Shown here piece after piece: positions 59,241-64,000 of a DNA stretch of 64,000 nucleotides (position 1 is its first letter; each line of letters begins with the position of its first letter). Source of the DNA: the human T2T-CHM13v2.0 reference genome, Homo sapiens; assembly GCA_009914755.4 (NCBI GenBank), contig CP068257.2:8000001-8064000 (forward strand), written 5' to 3'. The notes beneath the pieces are model-generated. The model was not told the DNA's origin and made no database searches. It was given only the letters and a program-made list of their open reading frames with translations. A program made the translations under genes and the position numbers.

Positions 59241-62200
59241 AAAAATGTACACATGTACCAAACATATTAATATTATAAAAATAAAAATATTCAGTGTAAG
59301 AATTTGTAGTGATCACAAAATATTCACAGCTTATATTTTAGTACAGTTGCAAAAGCCTAGTGCAATTACTATTTATTTCTGTGTGTATATTAAACATGTA
59401 TATAATAAATATTTTTCAGGTTCAACAATATATATCAATCCTACTGGCTCTTATAAATATTAGTTAAAATCAATTAGTAAATTCATGTATATATATACAC
59501 ACATGTGTATCAGTGAGTGTGTGTGCATGTATGGGTGTGAATGTAATTGTAGGTGTGTGTAAATGTAATTGGATGCATCCTAATATTTATCCTACCTACA
59601 AGATTTCCAAGATTCATTTATTATCTTTAGATGATGTGCATTTAAAGATTTACCAAATAAAACTCTAATCGTGGAAAATCTCAAGATGTTATTAAATTCA
59701 CCTTGTGCACATAATTGTTTCTTTAAATTTATGTTTCTTGCAAAACCAGCATTAACGCTCATGCACAAAATAATTTTCTAAATAAAAAATGAAAACATTT
59801 TCTCAGTCATTAATTCTTAATAATTATTTCTCTCCAATAATTAATGTGAATTGATTCTTAATTCTTAACTATAGAATAATGTTGCCCTTCAGAATTCTGA
59901 AACTTTTGCATGTTGTATACATTTCACTAACTAGTTAGAACAACTTCTGGAATATTGGCATTAATTAATGTCACTCAGCAATTATTGATTTCAAAGAAAT
60001 TAAATACCTGAATCACAAGGGTATTTTGGCATCTAATTTAATCAAGCTCTTTGTATCATCATCTACACGTTAATTACTTAACAAACATTTCTCTGTGTGA
60101 GAAAGTTTGAGCAGGTTATTGTGCTTTGTTAATATGCAACTTTTGCTTAATCTAGAGATAGGCAACGCTCCCTGTAAGGGACAAAGAGAAAAATGAATGA
60201 GCAATAGAGATGTGACAGGCATGGAAAAAGACAATACATTTATAAAACAAATAGGGCCACAGATGACGATAATGGGGATAAATCTTGAGATACTGACTCA
60301 GTTTACAACCGCACTGTATAATAGAGCAAATCATTTGTTAATTTTTTTACAAATGGAATTTAATTTAATTAAGATGAATAAAGTATTTTAAACAAGGCTT
60401 GTCATCTTAAAATAAAATAGTGGAATAAAGTGATAAAACCAATGTAAAAATCATAAACATTGTATAAAGAATTTTTTCAGGTAATTTAATATTTTTGTTT
60501 ATTTAAAATCACCCTAATCAAAATAATATTATCTTAATTAACAAGTAATCATCAGAAGTTTAACTAATTTTTACTTTATAATACTAGGTTTAAAAATTCT
60601 TAACTATATTTTTAAGCATATATGCTTATATATAAAATAGACACAGGATATATATTTACATGTTCACAATATTATATTGTAATTGTTCCTATGCATGCGG
60701 GTTTTCAATAGAATTAATAAGTACTTTTAAAAGGTTCCAATTTCAATGATATATATGCTTGATTTTTCTTTGACAAAGCATACATATATTGATAGGTAAT
60801 AATATGAAAATCTTCTAAAGACATTACAGGAACATGAAAATGTAATTAAATACTCAATAATTTGTAATGTTTTATGTAAGCAGAACACATTTAACTGAAA
60901 ATCGCTTTTATGTAATACTCAAACGAGACTAAAAACATTTTAACTAGCGGAGTAAGTCTTCAAATTGATAATCTGAACTACATAAGAGTAGAAACTTCAG
61001 GCACTCAAATATTTGAAATGCTACAAAATACTTATATAAACTAATATTTAAAAATTTCTGTTTGTAGAGTGCTACACAGTAATCAATATAAATGACATCT
61101 CAAGTCTTTCTATAGCTTTGACCACATTTACCTCCTAATTTTAATTATTAATATGTTGGAGCAGTACATACAACAAGACTCCGATCTTCCTTTTTAATGA
61201 GTAAAAATATATCCTTTGAGACAGCATTAAAGAAAGAGCACCTTGTATAAATTCAATTCAAAGAGACAAGATATTCTTGACTCTGAAGTCTTGTTCGTTG
61301 ATACAGCAATGTAATTAATAATAAGAAGAAAAGCAGGACATAGATGTGGAGACTATTTTAATCAAAAATTGTCTATAGATTTTGATGATAAAATTTAAAA
61401 ATCTACTGTATTTAGTTAGTTACAAAAAACTAGGTTATAGGAACATATTTGGTCAATAAAACACCCCTACCAAATGCTGACAAGAAAAAAAGTTAGGTAT
61501 CACCTTTCTTCTCTGCAGATGGCCTGAGATGGGTTAATTTAAAGGAATGCTTCCAAACCTGAGGTGACCCCTGAGAACAGCATAATCCACTGCTGTCTCC
61601 TACATTCAGTTTCTCAGTCTGTGATCTTTTAATTTTGTGGGGAGGGAAGCCAGTCCTTTAAAGCGATCTTCAGCATGATGGCAGAGCCAAGGAGTGTGGA
61701 CAGGTGGCACGGTGTCTGACTTTGTTCCAGCAGCCACTTGGGCTTTCTCTGGGTCTTCTGTGACCTAGGGATAGCACCACTATTGAAAACATGTCTTTGT
61801 GACATTCTCTATGCCAGGAACTCCCAACACATTTTCCTTGAAACTGATGAAATGAATAAAAATAAACCAAGAGGTGTGCTGTTTGTTTCTGTTTCCTCCT
61901 TTCTGCAGCCCTTCTTGATCATCTAATATTTTTAAATACATTGTCGATCACCAAAAGGAGCATAAGGGCTTTATTGATTTGTAGTAGATGTATTAATAGT
62001 CCAGCCGCTATTCCTTGCCTGTAGCTGCCGGGAAGAAAACCATTCTTAACACTCTACAAGGTCTCATCTCCAGAATTTGCACCTGTTTCTAGCTGAGGAC
62101 TTTCTCTAGCAGCACGGGAGCTTGTGACTGGGCATGAAGTGGGAAGAAAAGTGAGGGTAACTAAGAAGAATCTCCCTGGATTCAGTGATGTAATTCTGAG

Positions 62201-64000
62201 GCATGTTCCACATAGCTTCCCAGAGAATTAAGCCCAGATATCTAACACAGGAACTTGCCTCTTAACACGTGTGGTATTGGCTTTTCTATCTTTCCTGTTT
62301 TAGTTTGTTCCCTCTTCCTTGTCTCACTTTCACCGTGTCCTCACTCCTGCTTTAAGAATACCCAAACAAATAAATTCATTTATTTTTTTAGACTCTCAGA
62401 ACACAGTTGATAGTTGAACTTGTAATCTATGATAATCAGCTTGGATGCTATACTGACAGGAAGATGGTGAACTCACCATGTCTAATTAAGATAAAATATA
62501 AAAATATATTGATTCATGTCCAAAGATTTAAAAAATCTAAGCGGCAGTGTCACAATTTCTTCTTTTTAGTTTACATAGTTTCTTAAACGCCTACAATTAT
62601 TTTAAAGGAAGACTTGAGTCTAGGAAAAATTGAGACATATGGAATAAATTACTAACACATTTCTCCTTGAAATCCATTAGATGCTTGATGATTTTTCACA
62701 TATATTTCTGAATTGAAAAGCTAGCTGTGAATTACTTTTATCAGCATATCCTTATGTAATATTTTGTTTTTAACAGTGAATTGAAGCTTTAAAGGTTAAA
62801 TTATTCCATCCAGAGAATAAAAAGCAATTATTTCACAAGGAGAACTTGTGTATGTTGACACGACATTTTAAAATCTAGATTTTAAAACAGGTCCTATATA
62901 CTTTTGAGTCAATTAGAATATGTTTGTATCAGTCTGTCTACAGTTTTACACCTGTCAAAACGTACTTGAACTACAACAAGTACCTTGAAAAATTTTGAAA
63001 TTTATTATTCCTCTGAAACTGATTAAAAGAATTATGGTAGAGTGAAATTCTGATTGACATAATTTGGGAGAGAAATTATTCCTTGGAGATCAACCTCTGC
63101 CAAGATAGTTTATAACGACATTGAGACTTTTTGATTTACAAAATTTGTTATATAAAAAATACTAAGAAGATGACAGATAATACACAGACTTTAATTAAAA
63201 TTGTACTAAAATTAAATGTCTAAATAAATTAGAAGGGTACGTGGTATATCTAACTGTATGTTTACATATCTTAATTGTGCATTTTATTCCTAGGGTTGCT
63301 TTTTCTTTAGTTTGTAAAACGTTCTTATTTTTATGATAATGTAGTATATACTAAATAAAGAAAAATCAGGAAGTAGAAAATGAAGAAGAAAACATTAACT
63401 ATTGTCAACCAAATAAAAATTGTGCAATCTCTAAGTACATGAACTATGTATTATTTGTACAGCATGTACAATGTTTATGCTTCACAGGGTGAGGTAGAGA
63501 CTGCAAAACATTGAACCTGGGACAAATAAGAAAGTAAGGAAATTTTCTCAACATATTAATATTATAGAAAATGTTTAACATAACAGTTAAGATACAAGTA
63601 ATGAAAAGTGACAGTATTTAAGGAGATCTAGAGAATTTATATCTGTAATGTGTGAGAAGTATTAGAATAATGCTTGTATTTCTGGATTGGCATCGATTTC
63701 TATTGAGACTGGAAACATAATAGAAGTGAGGGAAAAAGAATTTAAATTGTGGATACTTGAGTTTTATACCTAGGAGTTCGAGAAATACATCTTGTGACTA
63801 TCAAAGCAGTTGGCACAAGAGTGTACAAAATTCCCTAATTGTGTCTATGTGGAGAAGACATAGACAAACAGAGAATAGCAAAACAGAAATAGCAAAAAAG
63901 CACAAATAAATTTTACCTGTATTTTTACGTAAAAGCCAATTAGAGTAGGAAAACATGAAATTTGTGTTTTATCAAAATTTTTCCCTTTCTCATAATATAG

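Overview
This window is primate (human-like) nuclear DNA that is AT-rich and gene-poor. Its landscape is the interspersed repeats and simple or tandem repeats listed below, with at most one candidate coding exon. It is not a prokaryotic locus. I see no operon structure and no CRISPR, tRNA or rRNA, and I find no evidence here for a novel multi-gene biological system. Almost every long ORF in the supplied six-frame track is spurious. The 496/483-aa, 389/325-aa, 280-aa and 152-aa ORFs are translations of simple or tandem repeats that happen to lack stop codons. Recognisable repeats include at least 11 Alu copies or fragments. There is a full-length but ORF-disrupted L1PA element at about 36.76-42.91 kb on the minus strand. 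There are older L1 fragments at 18.2-18.7, 52.6-53.3 and 55.4-58.0 kb. There is also a THE1-type MaLR LTR, a MIR, a Tigger-like DNA-transposon fragment, a (CA)n microsatellite, a 570-bp polypyrimidine tract and a 350-bp (CATTT)n-like block. Three things deserve a second look. (1) A palindromic AT-rich structure of about 1.8 kb: 144-bp inverted arms flank about 1.4 kb of (TA)nTTCA tandem repeat, resembling the palindromic AT-rich repeats found at translocation breakpoints and the AT-rich minisatellites of rare fragile sites. (2) A CpG-dense, G-run-bearing 22-bp minisatellite present twice in direct orientation, at 12.8-14.5 kb and 46.4-47.1 kb. Both copies are followed by the same 140-bp unique tail, so they represent an unclassified dispersed or duplicated unit. 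(3) A CpG island (45.76-46.44 kb) that abuts the second minisatellite copy. It contains a candidate minus-strand first coding exon: an ATG, 77 codons, then a GT splice donor. All coordinates are read from the printed sequence and may be off by a few bases.
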